Shown here: positions 9,923 to 19,306 of the stretch, one piece after another | Position numbering within the stretch: position 1 is the stretch's first letter | Layout of the letters: the number at the start of each line of letters is the position of its first letter | Virus record (IMG/VR): IMGVR_UViG_3300036766_000837 | Span: 32,001-96,000 of that record | Length of the DNA: 64,000 bases | Origin: a virus | Direction: 5' to 3' (one strand) | Translations under genes and position numbers: made by a program | The notes under the pieces: generated by a model | Told to the model about the DNA's origin: nothing | Database searches by the model: none | Seen by the model: the letters and a program-made list of their open reading frames with translations, nothing else

Positions 9923-10191
9923 TCTAACCTCTTAAGGTAGTTGAGATAATCTTCATTGTTCTTGCTTTTTACCGCAGACTCCAACCTTTTAAGGCGTATA
10001 TAGAGCATGGTGGCATATGCAGCCACATCTTGAAGTTCTTCATAGGCAGATTGGAACAAAACATCCAAATCCAACCCTTCAAAGACTTGCTTTTTTCCCA
10101 AAGAATACTGGGCATTCCCCGTTCCAACAACCCTATCTATCGCCTCAGATATAAATTTAGAGGTTTCCTCTGCCAATTCTTCAGATGTCAT
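9913..10191 (-). CDS. Possible MazG-like nucleotide pyrophosphatase
   Basis: All-alpha, G-x-x-x-Y, EELQD-x3-Y motif; lies between nucleotide enzymes. Confidence 0.4.
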   Translation of the reverse strand: MTSEELAEETSKFISEAIDRVVGTGNAQYSLGKKQVFEGLDLDVLFQSAYEELQDVAAYATMLYIRLKRLESAVKSKNNEDYLNYLKRLDCL

Positions 10192-10796
10192 TATTTTCCT
10201 TTCATATACTCTTCAGTATGCATGTCTTGTATCGCCCCATCTGCTTCTTCCAAATTATCGACAAAGGTGAGCAAGGGATTCGTTACTCTATCTTCGAAAT
10301 CGATATTCCATGGGCGTCTTACAACAAAAGACCTGATGCCGAATGCTGCACATTTATTGGCCTCATAGAATCTATCTTCAAACATTATCGGAATATCATT
10401 ATTCTTTAGATAGATAACCTTATGCATCGGTTTTTCAAAAGAAAAAGATGTATATGGAATTTTATATCTTCTAAGCCAACCTAATGTCACCATTCCGCAT
10501 TGATTCTTATCGCGCCCCGTTACTATATAGATTTCATGCCCTTGCTCACCCCATCGACGTATTTGCTCTACATTTTCAGGATACGAAGAAGCTTTAGCCC
10601 AAAACCATTCATCTTTAAACAGAATCCTATAAATCCATTTATCAGGTATTTGGGTGTACTCAGAAAGACCCATATCTTCTCCAAAAGTAAATTTATCTTC
10701 AGATATGTCAAGATCAAAATCGGTCTTAACACGCCTTCTTACTTCAGAGATGATATTACAAAGAATTCCGTCCAAGTCACAACCAATCGCCACCAT
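10191..10796 (-). CDS. HAD-family 5'(3')-deoxyribonucleotidase-like protein
   Basis: DLDGIL, IVTGR, K, FED, RPWN. Confidence 0.8.
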   Translation of the reverse strand: MVAIGCDLDGILCNIISEVRRRVKTDFDLDISEDKFTFGEDMGLSEYTQIPDKWIYRILFKDEWFWAKASSYPENVEQIRRWGEQGHEIYIVTGRDKNQCGMVTLGWLRRYKIPYTSFSFEKPMHKVIYLKNNDIPIMFEDRFYEANKCAAFGIRSFVVRRPWNIDFEDRVTNPLLTFVDNLEEADGAIQDMHTEEYMKGK

Positions 10797-10801
10797 CTAT
10801 T

Positions 10802-11422
10802 TTACCAACCAGCCTCAGGTGAATCTTCAACAAGAGCAACCTGCTCTTCATAGGCGAGATTCTTATACACATCTGCAAAATCAATCAATTCTAGCGAAAG
10901 TTCTGCTTTCGTAACGGCAGAAACTTCGCGTGGCAGAAGGGTATAAGATGTCTTGAGTCCTTCACCATTTCTTTTGAGTCGATAATCCCTATCGCAAAGA
11001 GTTCCATATTCCTTAGCAAATTCTACAAGGGTAGGAGTTAGACCCTTATTTCCAATCCCCGTAGAGAGGATTTTGACCTTCGATTCCTCACCCTTATTGC
11101 CACGAATCAAAACATTTATCAATAGACGACCACGAGGACGCCATTTCTTTTCGACAGAAGCCTTCTCACAACCCAAACAACGTCCCTCATCTTCCCTAGA
11201 ACAAAGAAAACTCTGAGAGAAATCTTCAGGGTTGAGATGTTCAAAAATTCCTACAGCCGTTCCATGTTTCTCATCATAATTTTTGTCGCCAGTGTCCAAT
11301 TCCTGTAAGAATCTGATTGTTACTGAGTCTCCGTCTGCAATCTTTAGAAATCTTGATTCTCCAGAACCAAACCTTTTTGCGGCCTCCTCTATATTCGTTA
11401 TTCCTGACAGTACCGATTTCAT
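10802..11422 (-). CDS. Single-stranded DNA-binding protein (gp32-like)
   Basis: IRFL, H...C...CxxC Zn site, RxGxGLKTSY, acidic C-terminus; sits next to primase. Confidence 0.75.
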   Translation of the reverse strand: MKSVLSGITNIEEAAKRFGSGESRFLKIADGDSVTIRFLQELDTGDKNYDEKHGTAVGIFEHLNPEDFSQSFLCSREDEGRCLGCEKASVEKKWRPRGRLLINVLIRGNKGEESKVKILSTGIGNKGLTPTLVEFAKEYGTLCDRDYRLKRNGEGLKTSYTLLPREVSAVTKAELSLELIDFADVYKNLAYEEQVALVEDSPEAGW

Positions 11423-11427
11423 TTATC

Positions 11428-12396
11428 TTATCCTCCAATTCCTATCTCTAGTATTTTCTTCTCCAATAATGTCACTTTATTCTCTATAACTTCGGCTATT
11501 TGTCCATCTCCCATCTCTCCTGGGTCTTTTATCCTTTCAGGATACTTCACATAAAAAATCCTCTTTCCCGCGCTCCGCATCACCCTTTCTATCTTCTTGG
11601 CAAAAGCCCTTCCCGCTTCATCGTTGTCAGTAAAAATTATAACAGACTGGAAGTGTCTGAGCAACTTCTGGGACTGTTGTTTGGTGAATCCTCCGCCCAA
11701 TATGGCAATCACATTGGGAAATCCAGCCTGGTATACCTTCATTGCGTCTAACGGACCTTCTACAACTATAACCTCGTCATATTTTTTTGCATTATCCAGA
11801 TTAAACAATATGAATTTTTTAGGAAGGCCCTTATCCCAATATTTCTTGGTCTGTTCTGGCTTAGTAGCCCTTCCAGTAAATCCAACGAATTGTCCAAACT
11901 CGTCTCTAACAGGAATAGTTATCCTTTCCTGTTTTCTAGAATAACCAATTTCAAATATTTCTAAGGTGTTCTTTCGAAATCCCCTTTCATATAAACAGTC
12001 AAATATGGGGTCATCATAACTTAATTTCATATTATCTATTAGAGCTTCATCCCATATTTCATATGCCTCTTTCTTCGCAGTCGATAATAATTTTTCAATA
12101 TTATCTATTGTTCCGGTTTTAAATTTTATAAGATATCGAATCGCTTCAAGGATTGTCATTCCATCGATTTTTTGAACCAAAGTTATAAGGGTTCCTGATT
12201 TATCGCATCGGGGATTCCAACACCGCCAAGCATAAGGGCTTTCCTTAGCCATATTAAATGCGGGAGTATCTCTATTTTGATGAAAGGGACAATATCCAAT
12301 AAGGTCTTGAGAAGATTCACTTAGAATCTCAATCCCAAGTTCATCAAGAATCTGTATTAGATTCTCTCTCGATATTTTCCCAATGATTTTCTCCAC
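11428..12396 (-). CDS. dnaG: DNA primase
   Basis: CPFH...CWNPRC Zn finger; Toprim VEGPLD, DND-x-AG, KDP. Confidence 0.9.
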   Translation of the reverse strand: MEKIIGKISRENLIQILDELGIEILSESSQDLIGYCPFHQNRDTPAFNMAKESPYAWRCWNPRCDKSGTLITLVQKIDGMTILEAIRYLIKFKTGTIDNIEKLLSTAKKEAYEIWDEALIDNMKLSYDDPIFDCLYERGFRKNTLEIFEIGYSRKQERITIPVRDEFGQFVGFTGRATKPEQTKKYWDKGLPKKFILFNLDNAKKYDEVIVVEGPLDAMKVYQAGFPNVIAILGGGFTKQQSQKLLRHFQSVIIFTDNDEAGRAFAKKIERVMRSAGKRIFYVKYPERIKDPGEMGDGQIAEVIENKVTLLEKKILEIGIGG

Positions 12397-12697
12397 TATA
12401 TGGCTCCTTATAGATAGGATGACTTCCTAAAAGCCCTAATATTATTTTAGATTTCTTTTTTCCCACGAAAGAACCGTACATTATTACAGCAAATTTAAAA
12501 ATAACCTTTTCTGGAACATATTCCCAATATAGGTCTGGAGTTATATCTAGACTGGGGACATATCCTTGACCACGCATCTCATCTTCTAAATGTCCTTCAA
12601 TTTGTTGTCGCAAACGCAAGATTGTCTCTTGATCTGTTGCTTCTCCTTCAGCCGCAAAAGATTTTATTTTCCGATTAAAGTAATTCATTCTTCCCAA
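12344..12697 (-). CDS. Hypothetical protein
   Basis: ORF between helicase and primase. Confidence 0.55.
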   Translation of the reverse strand: MGRMNYFNRKIKSFAAEGEATDQETILRLRQQIEGHLEDEMRGQGYVPSLDITPDLYWEYVPEKVIFKFAVIMYGSFVGKKKSKIILGLLGSHPIYKEPYSGENHWENIERESNTDS

Positions 12698-14940
12698 TCT
12701 TGGACGGTAACTATACCTTGGTCAAAATCCCAATATAATTTGAAGGCGAAATACGGACCTCTGCGATTTTTCTTACATTCAACGGTTTGTATCTGACCTT
12801 CTTTCCTGACCGATAATGCTAAGTCTGAATCATAGGCAATAGCTTTGGACCATGCAACTTCATGTAATTCCGCAACTCGTTCGTTATGCCCCTCCTGCAT
12901 CGTTACAGAGACAATATCTATTATGGGGATACCATATCTTCCAGCGATTTTCTTGAAATCTCTCGATAAATTCTTATGTTTCTCTGTTTCTGTTTTGCCC
13001 CTTCTTGCATCATCTACCAAACTGTGATAATCGATAAACACGATATCAGGATTATATTGCTCAATTTTTGATTGAATGGTAAACTGATTCACTTCATCTA
13101 TAGAGTCATTGGTGGCAAGATAGAAGGGGTGTTTATTTTTAAATTGTGTATCCGTCCAGTTCTCATAAATATCTACATCGATTCCCCTAGCATTCATTAA
13201 AGATGTGTTGGAGAATTTCCCCGCGCCCATCAAGGTATCTGCCCTATATCCATATTGCTTATCATCAAGTTCTAGCGAAAAAACCAAAGGAACAAATCCT
13301 CTCAGCCATGCTTGCACCGCAAAGAAAATCGCAAGCCAAGTATTATGAGTGGGAATATAATTGTCTATTATAAATAAATGGTCATCGGTGTCTACTAATA
13401 GACAGGCCATTTCACAATCCTCTTCGGGAACCTTTTCTATTGATTCAATTGCCCTAAACCAACCATAAGAATCTTTATGTTTATGATACTTAAATGGTAT
13501 AGTAAATGGATTAAATGGGGTCCAAATAACTACTTTAAATCCACAATGTTTTTTCCAATCATGTCTCTTGGCGATACCCCCCAATGAGCGAACAAGTTCA
13601 ACAACATTATCGGCTAATTGTTGACTATATGTAGAATAACTTGCCTTTTGGTTCTTGGCTGGCTGTCCACCTGTATCCATTAAACCATAAAGCAATTCTA
13701 GACGCGCCTCAATATGGGCAATAAGATATTGGGAGGGAATAAATTTCTCCCGACTTCTTTTCCCCCTCAAGCCCAATGATTCAAGGTCATTCCTCATATC
13801 TACCCTAAAACATGAGCGGCCTGCGGTCATATTACCATGTTTTGGCTTGAAATAAATTTGTCGTTGAGGATTATTCTTACGGACCTTTTCATGAATAAAT
13901 AATTGATTTGAAGTAAGAGATGTTTGATCTCCAAGATGTCCGTTACCTAAAAGAGTGCCTAATGTATAAGAGTCTATTGGCAAGTCCACTTTATTATATT
14001 CAACAGCCTCTATATAGGGCAAATAATATTTATATCCAGCCTCATGGCTTTCTCGTTCTTTATACCGAAGGCCAGAATCTACCATCTGTTTCGTTGTAAG
14101 AGTTGTAAATGACTCGGACTTTCCTGCCAATCTACGTTGACGTTGTTTAGCCGTTTCAATGGTCCATAAATGTTGTTCATCACAAATAATATTAGAACCA
14201 TCACTAAAATTAATCTGATAGGCGGGGCGTATTCCTTGAGGAAATATACCTAGAACTTTCGTTGGCTTTCCATTTCGGCCAATAACATAATCTCCCACCT
14301 TCAATTCATCCATTCGACACCAACCATTAGGCGTAGGCAATAATGTCTTTACAGGAATACTTTTCGCCGATTCTGTCCAACCCATAATCGAAATAAAATC
14401 GCCCTCTTGCCAACCACCAAAGATATAGTCTATGGCGGGAATGGAGGAGGGTATTCCCAATATTTCCTTCCCTTCTTTGGTTTTTTCTATACGCTCTTTC
14501 AGCGAATTAACCCTAATGCCAACATCAGCCGCTAAATCGACATCTTTAGTCGATTGTGTTTCATGGACAATGGTTGAGAGTTTAGAAAAAGCATATAAAA
14601 GAGCATCTCTAGGTTCCTCATTCTTTAACATGCCAGCGGTGTCAATGATTATATCTTCCGCAAGTTCTTTTATATGTTCAGATTGAATCTCATCAATCAG
14701 ATATTCCAAACTGACATCTTCAACAGATTCGGGTTCAAATTCTTGAAATTTCTGTTTAATGATAGAAAGTGTGGGAACTTGTTTAAACCTACTGTTGTAT
14801 CCAACAATATATTCCCACAAATCTGGATACATCTTGATACATAAACCAGCATTGGCGTTTAAAGCCTTATATATCTCCTTAGTTTCTAAGATTTTCGATA
14901 TTAAAGCTACTTCAAGATTTTCCAATTTCTTTTTCCTCAA
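12685..14940 (-). CDS. dnaB: DnaB-like replicative helicase with intein
   Basis: GIPS, GGWQEGD, Walker A GWTESAK|T, FSLE, FIDY, IAYDSD, KNRRG. Confidence 0.9.
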   Translation of the reverse strand: MRKKKLENLEVALISKILETKEIYKALNANAGLCIKMYPDLWEYIVGYNSRFKQVPTLSIIKQKFQEFEPESVEDVSLEYLIDEIQSEHIKELAEDIIIDTAGMLKNEEPRDALLYAFSKLSTIVHETQSTKDVDLAADVGIRVNSLKERIEKTKEGKEILGIPSSIPAIDYIFGGWQEGDFISIMGWTESAKSIPVKTLLPTPNGWCRMDELKVGDYVIGRNGKPTKVLGIFPQGIRPAYQINFSDGSNIICDEQHLWTIETAKQRQRRLAGKSESFTTLTTKQMVDSGLRYKERESHEAGYKYYLPYIEAVEYNKVDLPIDSYTLGTLLGNGHLGDQTSLTSNQLFIHEKVRKNNPQRQIYFKPKHGNMTAGRSCFRVDMRNDLESLGLRGKRSREKFIPSQYLIAHIEARLELLYGLMDTGGQPAKNQKASYSTYSQQLADNVVELVRSLGGIAKRHDWKKHCGFKVVIWTPFNPFTIPFKYHKHKDSYGWFRAIESIEKVPEEDCEMACLLVDTDDHLFIIDNYIPTHNTWLAIFFAVQAWLRGFVPLVFSLELDDKQYGYRADTLMGAGKFSNTSLMNARGIDVDIYENWTDTQFKNKHPFYLATNDSIDEVNQFTIQSKIEQYNPDIVFIDYHSLVDDARRGKTETEKHKNLSRDFKKIAGRYGIPIIDIVSVTMQEGHNERVAELHEVAWSKAIAYDSDLALSVRKEGQIQTVECKKNRRGPYFAFKLYWDFDQGIVTVQDWEE
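13342..14361 (-). mobile_element. Intein in the DnaB P-loop (340 aa): Ser1 plus class 3 WCT motif, degenerate LAGLIDADG
   Basis: SIPVKTLLPTPNGW...CDEQHLW...MACL...IPTHN|T; endonuclease motifs LGTLLGNG and YGLMDTGG. Confidence 0.9.
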
Positions 14941-15259
14941 TCCTATTTATTAAATCTTTAGTAGATTTTAAAGTTTCTTGAAGTTTCCTTTCCTCCTCTT
15001 CAACTTTTTTAGCAGCACTAAGAAATTCATCTATCCCACTTAGAAATTTATAGAAATTAATTCCATTATATTTGAAGAAGTAATCCATCGCCGCGAAAAT
15101 CTCACCCATAGTATAATATGGAGCAACTTTCTCGGCTGAAACAATCATTCCATAATTCGGGCGAAATTCTGTTTCATATTTTTCCTGATATAGCTCCATA
15201 AATCCTTCAATTATTTTATGGCCATTCTTAGGTGGCCTACCTGTTCGTTTCGGCATCAC
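14912..15259 (-). CDS. Hypothetical protein (possible helicase partner)
   Basis: Overlaps the dnaB start; GRPPK basic N-terminus. Confidence 0.5.
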   Translation of the reverse strand: MMPKRTGRPPKNGHKIIEGFMELYQEKYETEFRPNYGMIVSAEKVAPYYTMGEIFAAMDYFFKYNGINFYKFLSGIDEFLSAAKKVEEEERKLQETLKSTKDLINRIEEKEIGKS

Positions 15260-15269
15260 TTTCTCGATT

Positions 15270-15503
15270 CTATTTTGTTTCCCCCAAAATCATACTAGCC
15301 TTCTCCACCTGAGAATCTAATTCGTTTTCAACGATACCCCAAGCGCGAGACCATCCCTCTTCATGAGTTTCAGTCTCCCTCCTCGTTATTGTAACCCCAG
15401 CAAAAAAATCCATAGATTGATAATTCCCAAGATTCTTTTTAAATGTCAGAGAGGCACTTATTTTATCTCCAGGGTCCGTTAAATCTATCTCATTTTTCTT
15501 CAT
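15270..15503 (-). CDS. Hypothetical protein
   Basis: Coupled ORF; NLGNYQS motif. Confidence 0.55.
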   Translation of the reverse strand: MKKNEIDLTDPGDKISASLTFKKNLGNYQSMDFFAGVTITRRETETHEEGWSRAWGIVENELDSQVEKASMILGETK

Positions 15504-15778
15504 TATAATGCCCCTATACTATTCCTAATCTTATTTACCCTAGATTCAAGGGTTTGAAGTTTATTTACTAAATCATTTGATGCAGATAGGCATCCCTGGT
15601 ATGAAGGGGCACAATCTACATTACTCGCATTCTTTTCTTTTGCATTGTCTATAAACAAATAATCCGTCGTAGATAGTAAAGTATCTATCATCTCATGAGC
15701 CTGATTTAATAAACTAAGAATCGTTTCTGTCTTATTTGTCATCGGTTCACATTCTGTCATTTCACCGTATGCCATCAT
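15503..15778 (-). CDS. Hypothetical coiled-coil protein
   Basis: Coupled ORF with SD. Confidence 0.5.
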   Translation of the reverse strand: MMAYGEMTECEPMTNKTETILSLLNQAHEMIDTLLSTTDYLFIDNAKEKNASNVDCAPSYQGCLSASNDLVNKLQTLESRVNKIRNSIGAL

Positions 15779-15787
15779 TACCCCTTT

Positions 15788-15973
15788 CTATACGAGTCTC
15801 CCCGAATAATCTATCTTAAGAGCATCTAATATTTTTAGATATCTTTTTGTCTGAAAATAAAATCTCTTCCCACAATGTATACAAAAAAATTCAGTATAAG
15901 GACGGTTTCGATCAAGCGATCTTTCCGCCTCAACAACAAATCCTCCGCATTTTTTGCATTTAATTAAACTCAT
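15788..15973 (-). CDS. Zn-ribbon protein
   Basis: CKKCGG...CIHCG. Confidence 0.6.
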   Translation of the reverse strand: MSLIKCKKCGGFVVEAERSLDRNRPYTEFFCIHCGKRFYFQTKRYLKILDALKIDYSGRLV

Positions 15974-15992
15974 ATCTGATCATACTACCGCC

Positions 15993-16175
15993 TTATTTAG
16001 AGTTAGCCCATTGAATGGCTATGTTAAGCAAAAATGTTCCAGCCGTTGTTAACCCTGTAAAGAATGCTGCTTGAACGGCATTTACATCACCAAATCCAGT
16101 TACCAAAAGAGCAGAAGCTACGGCCATAACGAATGTTTTAGCTGTCCGAATTCCTATATCTTTCCAATCAAACAT
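15993..16175 (-). CDS. Probable holin (r1t-holin-like)
   Basis: 60 aa, two hydrophobic segments, W-K-D-x3-R-x2-KTF start; strong GGAGGTGA SD. Confidence 0.6.
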   Translation of the reverse strand: MFDWKDIGIRTAKTFVMAVASALLVTGFGDVNAVQAAFFTGLTTAGTFLLNIAIQWANSK

Positions 16176-16187
16176 TTATTTCACCTC

Positions 16188-17279
16188 CTATCCAAAAATT
16201 TTACCATAATGTGGGGTGCTTTCCAAATATCCTGAGAGAGACACCTCAACAAATTGGGCTTTTTCCCAAAGCTCTTTGAGATTTCTGGCACCAAGATACG
16301 AAAAACCACTATATATACCGTCCCTCAAAGACTTAATCACTTCTTTATGGTTATATGTTACAGGAATCTCAAATTCGTCTCCCTCGACAATGAACTGTTG
16401 CCCCCTCTTATGGCTTGATAATGCTGCCTCAGAAGCCATACCGCGATATCGCTTAACCATGATATTTTTGGGAAGGTCTCCTTTGATACCAAACATCTCC
16501 GCGAGAGGAGATGCCTCATTTAACAATTTATAGTATTTCTTTCCTGCCGAAATATCAAATGATGCGAATAATCCTCCAATCATAACCGCTGAAGCTCCTG
16601 CGGCCAAAGCTTTAACTATATCGCCACTATTTTTAATTCCTCCATCAGATATTATTGGGATTTCTTTCCCAGATTCATCAACAACAATCCTTGCTGAATC
16701 TATTGCCGTAATTTGAGGAATTCCAACCCCCGCAACAATTCTTGTAGTGCAAACAGAGCCGGAACCAATCCCAACACGAAGAGCATCAACGCCTGCACTT
16801 ATAGAGGCAGAAGCGGCATCCGGTGTTGCTATATTTCCCGAAACAAGAGGAATTAATGGAAATTCATTTTTTATTTTTTCTATCCTTTCAAGGGCTTGTT
16901 TTGAATGTCCATGAGCAACATCCAAAACAAGGAAATCCGCTCCTGCCTCTATAAGTGCTTGCGTCCGTTCCCAACCATCACCATTTATTCCAATAGCGGC
17001 TCCGACGCGAGCCCGAAACTCCTTAATCCATTTGACGTGAGAAAATTGCTCATTAACCGTATTATATCTATGAATTATCCCGATTCCCCCAGATTCCCAC
17101 ATAAAGATTGCCATATTCCCCTCTGTAACAGTATCCATAGGAGAAGACATTATTGGCAAATCTAAACTTACTCCGCAAACATTTGAACCAATCTTTGGTT
17201 CCATTCTGTTTTCTAACTCAGAATATTTAGGAACCAAAAAAACATCATCGAAGGAATATCCCTTAAGTGGTGTTTGCAT
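16188..17279 (-). CDS. guaB: IMP dehydrogenase / GMP reductase family, no CBS domains
   Basis: FDDV, SPMDTVT, DVAHGHS, GIGSGSVCTTR, SDGGI, YRGMAS; probable start MQTPL at 17279. Confidence 0.85.
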   Translation of the reverse strand: MQTPLKGYSFDDVFLVPKYSELENRMEPKIGSNVCGVSLDLPIMSSPMDTVTEGNMAIFMWESGGIGIIHRYNTVNEQFSHVKWIKEFRARVGAAIGINGDGWERTQALIEAGADFLVLDVAHGHSKQALERIEKIKNEFPLIPLVSGNIATPDAASASISAGVDALRVGIGSGSVCTTRIVAGVGIPQITAIDSARIVVDESGKEIPIISDGGIKNSGDIVKALAAGASAVMIGGLFASFDISAGKKYYKLLNEASPLAEMFGIKGDLPKNIMVKRYRGMASEAALSSHKRGQQFIVEGDEFEIPVTYNHKEVIKSLRDGIYSGFSYLGARNLKELWEKAQFVEVSLSGYLESTPHYGKIFG

Positions 17280-17433
17280 TTGGGGTATCAATCTCCGATA
17301 TAAGTTCAAATACAGCCTTTATGACCTCTCGCCTAATTATCTTCATTCCATAATATTTACCAATATAAAATGCTATTACACCAACAAGTATCCAACTCAA
17401 AACAATAACCGATACAATAGTTATTTCTGCCAT
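17263..17433 (-). CDS. Small single-TM membrane protein (56 aa)
   Basis: Below the ORF-track cutoff; MAEITIVSVIVLSWILVGVIAFYIGKYYGMK..., AAAGGA SD. Confidence 0.6.
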   Translation of the reverse strand: MAEITIVSVIVLSWILVGVIAFYIGKYYGMKIIRREVIKAVFELISEIDTPNANTT

Positions 17434-17449
17434 ATTTTATAATCCTTTC

Positions 17450-18064
17450 TCATATCCCATAATCTTCCCAACGCACCACCCTTATAAGTTCTGCGCCACG
17501 TATATTCCTATGGTTATAGAATCTCCAATCCAAGAAGTTCAATAACTCTATCGCCTTTCTTCCTCGCCAATTTATTCTATAGGTTGTAAAACCATTCTTT
17601 CTTACCTCCACTCTAAATTTTCCGCCGAACATTTTTTGTAATTTTAGTACACCGATTTTGTTGACATTAGATAATGCTATATATGGCTGCCCCCTATCGA
17701 TATCCACATTTCCAATAGAATCTATAATCGCCCGCAAATATTCTTTTTGCCCCTCAAATCCCCAGACCGTAATAGTTGGCACATTCCAATCATCAGAATG
17801 AAATTTTTTAAATCCCAAATCAATCAATTTATCGTGTAATTCCTTAGAACTAAATTGTAATCGCCCTTTCCGACTTCCTTCATTTATTTCCCTTCCTAAA
17901 ATTCTATTTATTAATTCATTCATATCACTAATCTGATTAGTAGAAAAACCAAACCTATAGTCTATATTGATTAAGGGCGGTTTCGGTTTTCGAATAAAGG
18001 TATTTCCTTCAAGTTGAGAATACACCCCTATTCGAATTAAATCTGAAAATATGCTACCTACCAT
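17450..18064 (-). CDS. Degenerate LAGLIDADG-fold protein
   Basis: EYLRAIIDSIG helix, R-L-x-F-S-S-K, Y-R-I-x-W-x-G; catalytic acid missing. Confidence 0.55.
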   Translation of the reverse strand: MVGSIFSDLIRIGVYSQLEGNTFIRKPKPPLINIDYRFGFSTNQISDMNELINRILGREINEGSRKGRLQFSSKELHDKLIDLGFKKFHSDDWNVPTITVWGFEGQKEYLRAIIDSIGNVDIDRGQPYIALSNVNKIGVLKLQKMFGGKFRVEVRKNGFTTYRINWRGRKAIELLNFLDWRFYNHRNIRGAELIRVVRWEDYGI

Positions 18065-18885
18065 TTAGTTTCTCCAAAAACATCCACTTCAATCTTCCTA
18101 TTTTTAGCGCCAAAATGAATTAAGGCAGCGCCATCCAATGTGGGATTGTATAGAGCCACCCTTGAATAATCTGGTTCAGTAATAAAACCTCCACTTCTAA
18201 TTAAGTGAACGATATAACGCTTCTCATCGCCATCTATAACCCGTTTCTTAACAATGGCTTTATGGGCTAGATGATGATTATTTCCCATAACGATAACATC
18301 GGCGTCATCATAGACGCCATATCTCTTTTCCAATTCCGTAAATGGGTTAACCGTAACGGAATATCCATGGAATATGGCCAACTTGTAAGTCTGAGAACCA
18401 ACATTAACAATCAAGTAACCACCATGGTTATTATAGAAACATCCCATCTCTCTGGCAAAATGCTCCGCCATATCAAAACCCGTCTTTTTCCAGACGCGAG
18501 CATCATGATTGCCGGTAATAGAGAAAAGAATCTTATCCCTGAAAGGCAACAGATATCTAAGAGACTCCTTGTATTGGTCTCCTGTGGAAAATTCTATCTC
18601 GAATACTGATTCCTCTATACGAGAAGGAATTGCTACTTCCCACAAATCTCCACCTAAAGTAAAATAGGCATTTAAATCGTCGGCCAATTCTAAATACTTT
18701 TCAAATAATGGGCGGTTGAAACATTCATGCCCGATATGAGGATCAGAGAGCAAAAGTAAACTAGCTTTATCCCCATTAGGATTTAATGTTAGGTTTGGCA
18801 CCGCCCCGCCCCGATGAGTGGAACATACCTTATTAAGATTCCAATTCACATCAGTTTCATTTGGGTGATATTTACTGGTTGCTAT
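18058..18885 (-). CDS. Calcineurin-like metallophosphoesterase
   Basis: SDPH, GGD, GNHD, FHG, GNNH. Start is either GTG 18849 or in-frame ATA 18885 behind a strong SD. Confidence 0.85.
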   Translation of the reverse strand: MATSKYHPNETDVNWNLNKVCSTHRGGAVPNLTLNPNGDKASLLLLSDPHIGHECFNRPLFEKYLELADDLNAYFTLGGDLWEVAIPSRIEESVFEIEFSTGDQYKESLRYLLPFRDKILFSITGNHDARVWKKTGFDMAEHFAREMGCFYNNHGGYLIVNVGSQTYKLAIFHGYSVTVNPFTELEKRYGVYDDADVIVMGNNHHLAHKAIVKKRVIDGDEKRYIVHLIRSGGFITEPDYSRVALYNPTLDGAALIHFGAKNRKIEVDVFGETKW

Positions 18886-18922
18886 GTTTAGTCACTCCTT
18901 TCCACAACCAAAACTTATTCTA

Positions 18923-19297
18923 TCATATTTTGCCACCATCTTGAATGTATTGCCCCTTAGGATTCCGTTTTCTTGTGGCAGATAACGTTTGATGCTTTTT
19001 TGACATCATAGCACGACTTTTGCGCCCCTGAGTTTTTCCGAGACGATGAATTTGTTGATGTTCACTCGAATTGCAACGGAAAAGATTCCAAATTTCATTA
19101 CATTGTTTATCTTCGTTAACATGATGGACAACTTCGATTTCGGGGTCAAGATATCTTTGTAGATAATTTTCCATAACAAGACGATGTAAAAGCATGTAAC
19201 CGTCATTGTTATATGGGTGTTCGGGGAAATATACCTCTAAATATCCCGCACTATTCTCTTTAATTAATCTTCCTGTCCATTCATGAGTTTGCCACAT
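18923..19297 (-). CDS. Free-standing HNH homing endonuclease
   Basis: GY...HP...HRLVME...VHHVNEDK..N..WNL......EH...H. Confidence 0.85.
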   Translation of the reverse strand: MWQTHEWTGRLIKENSAGYLEVYFPEHPYNNDGYMLLHRLVMENYLQRYLDPEIEVVHHVNEDKQCNEIWNLFRCNSSEHQQIHRLGKTQGRKSRAMMSKKHQTLSATRKRNPKGQYIQDGGKI

Positions 19298-19306
19298 GTC
19301 TTCCTC

